DNA of 64,000 nt from Octopus bimaculoides. Lineage: Eukaryota. Position numbers and translations under genes: made by a program. The DNA is taken from contig NC_069000.1 in NCBI RefSeq assembly GCF_001194135.2, forward strand, positions 1,159,079 to 1,223,078. The letters are read 5' to 3'. Below are positions 63,796 through 64,000 of this stretch, one piece after another; position 1 is the stretch's first letter, and each line of letters opens with the position of its first letter. The notes under the pieces were generated by a model that searched no databases, had not been told where the DNA came from, and saw nothing but the letters and a program-made list of their open reading frames with translations.

Positions 63796-64000
63796 GTACG
63801 ACACTTCTTTACACAGTTGTCTCTCTTGCACACCATATCTGACACTTCTTATGTCCAACTTTTCTCTCAAGAAGCTTACACTCTGTCGTGCATGTACACT
63901 GACATTACACATCCAGCGGAGCATGCTAGCTTCATTTCTTTCAAGGCTACGCATGTCCTCAGCAGTCACGGCCCATGTTTCACTGCCATGTAGCATGGCT
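63795..64000 (-). mobile_element. RTE LINE ORF C-terminal fragment (continues beyond window)
   Basis: MLHGSETWAVTAEDMRSLERNEASMLRWMCNVSV...LREKLDIRSVRYGVQER. Confidence 0.9.

Overview
Eukaryotic, AT-rich, microsatellite-saturated genomic DNA from an N-gapped draft assembly. The tRNA-related SINEs, RTE-tail repeats and repeat density are those I associate with Octopus genomes (inference; no search run). I recognise no host protein-coding gene, rRNA, tRNA or CRISPR. Nearly all ORFs in the supplied track are microsatellite or N-gap artefacts. The only protein-like signals are decayed transposons: an RT-deleted CR1-type LINE (3.1-4.1 kb), a ~2.3 kb RTE LINE (34.8-37.1 kb), smaller RTE fragments, a mariner remnant, and hAT/Tigger-type MITEs. 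The observations most worth follow-up are four. (1) Four minimal type I hammerhead-ribozyme-like motifs in Penelope-like termini, three sharing an extra A before stem II and one with a very long stem II insert. (2) A pre-miRNA-shaped hairpin at 37.5 kb with no recognised family. (3) Alternating CpG-retaining and CpG-depleted domains, suggesting unannotated methylated transcription units. (4) Several fold-back structures: inverted RTE tails, a Tigger end palindrome, a spacerless (ATT)n/(AAT)n palindrome and a template-switch repeat in a SINE. Repeat boundaries are approximate and read by eye.
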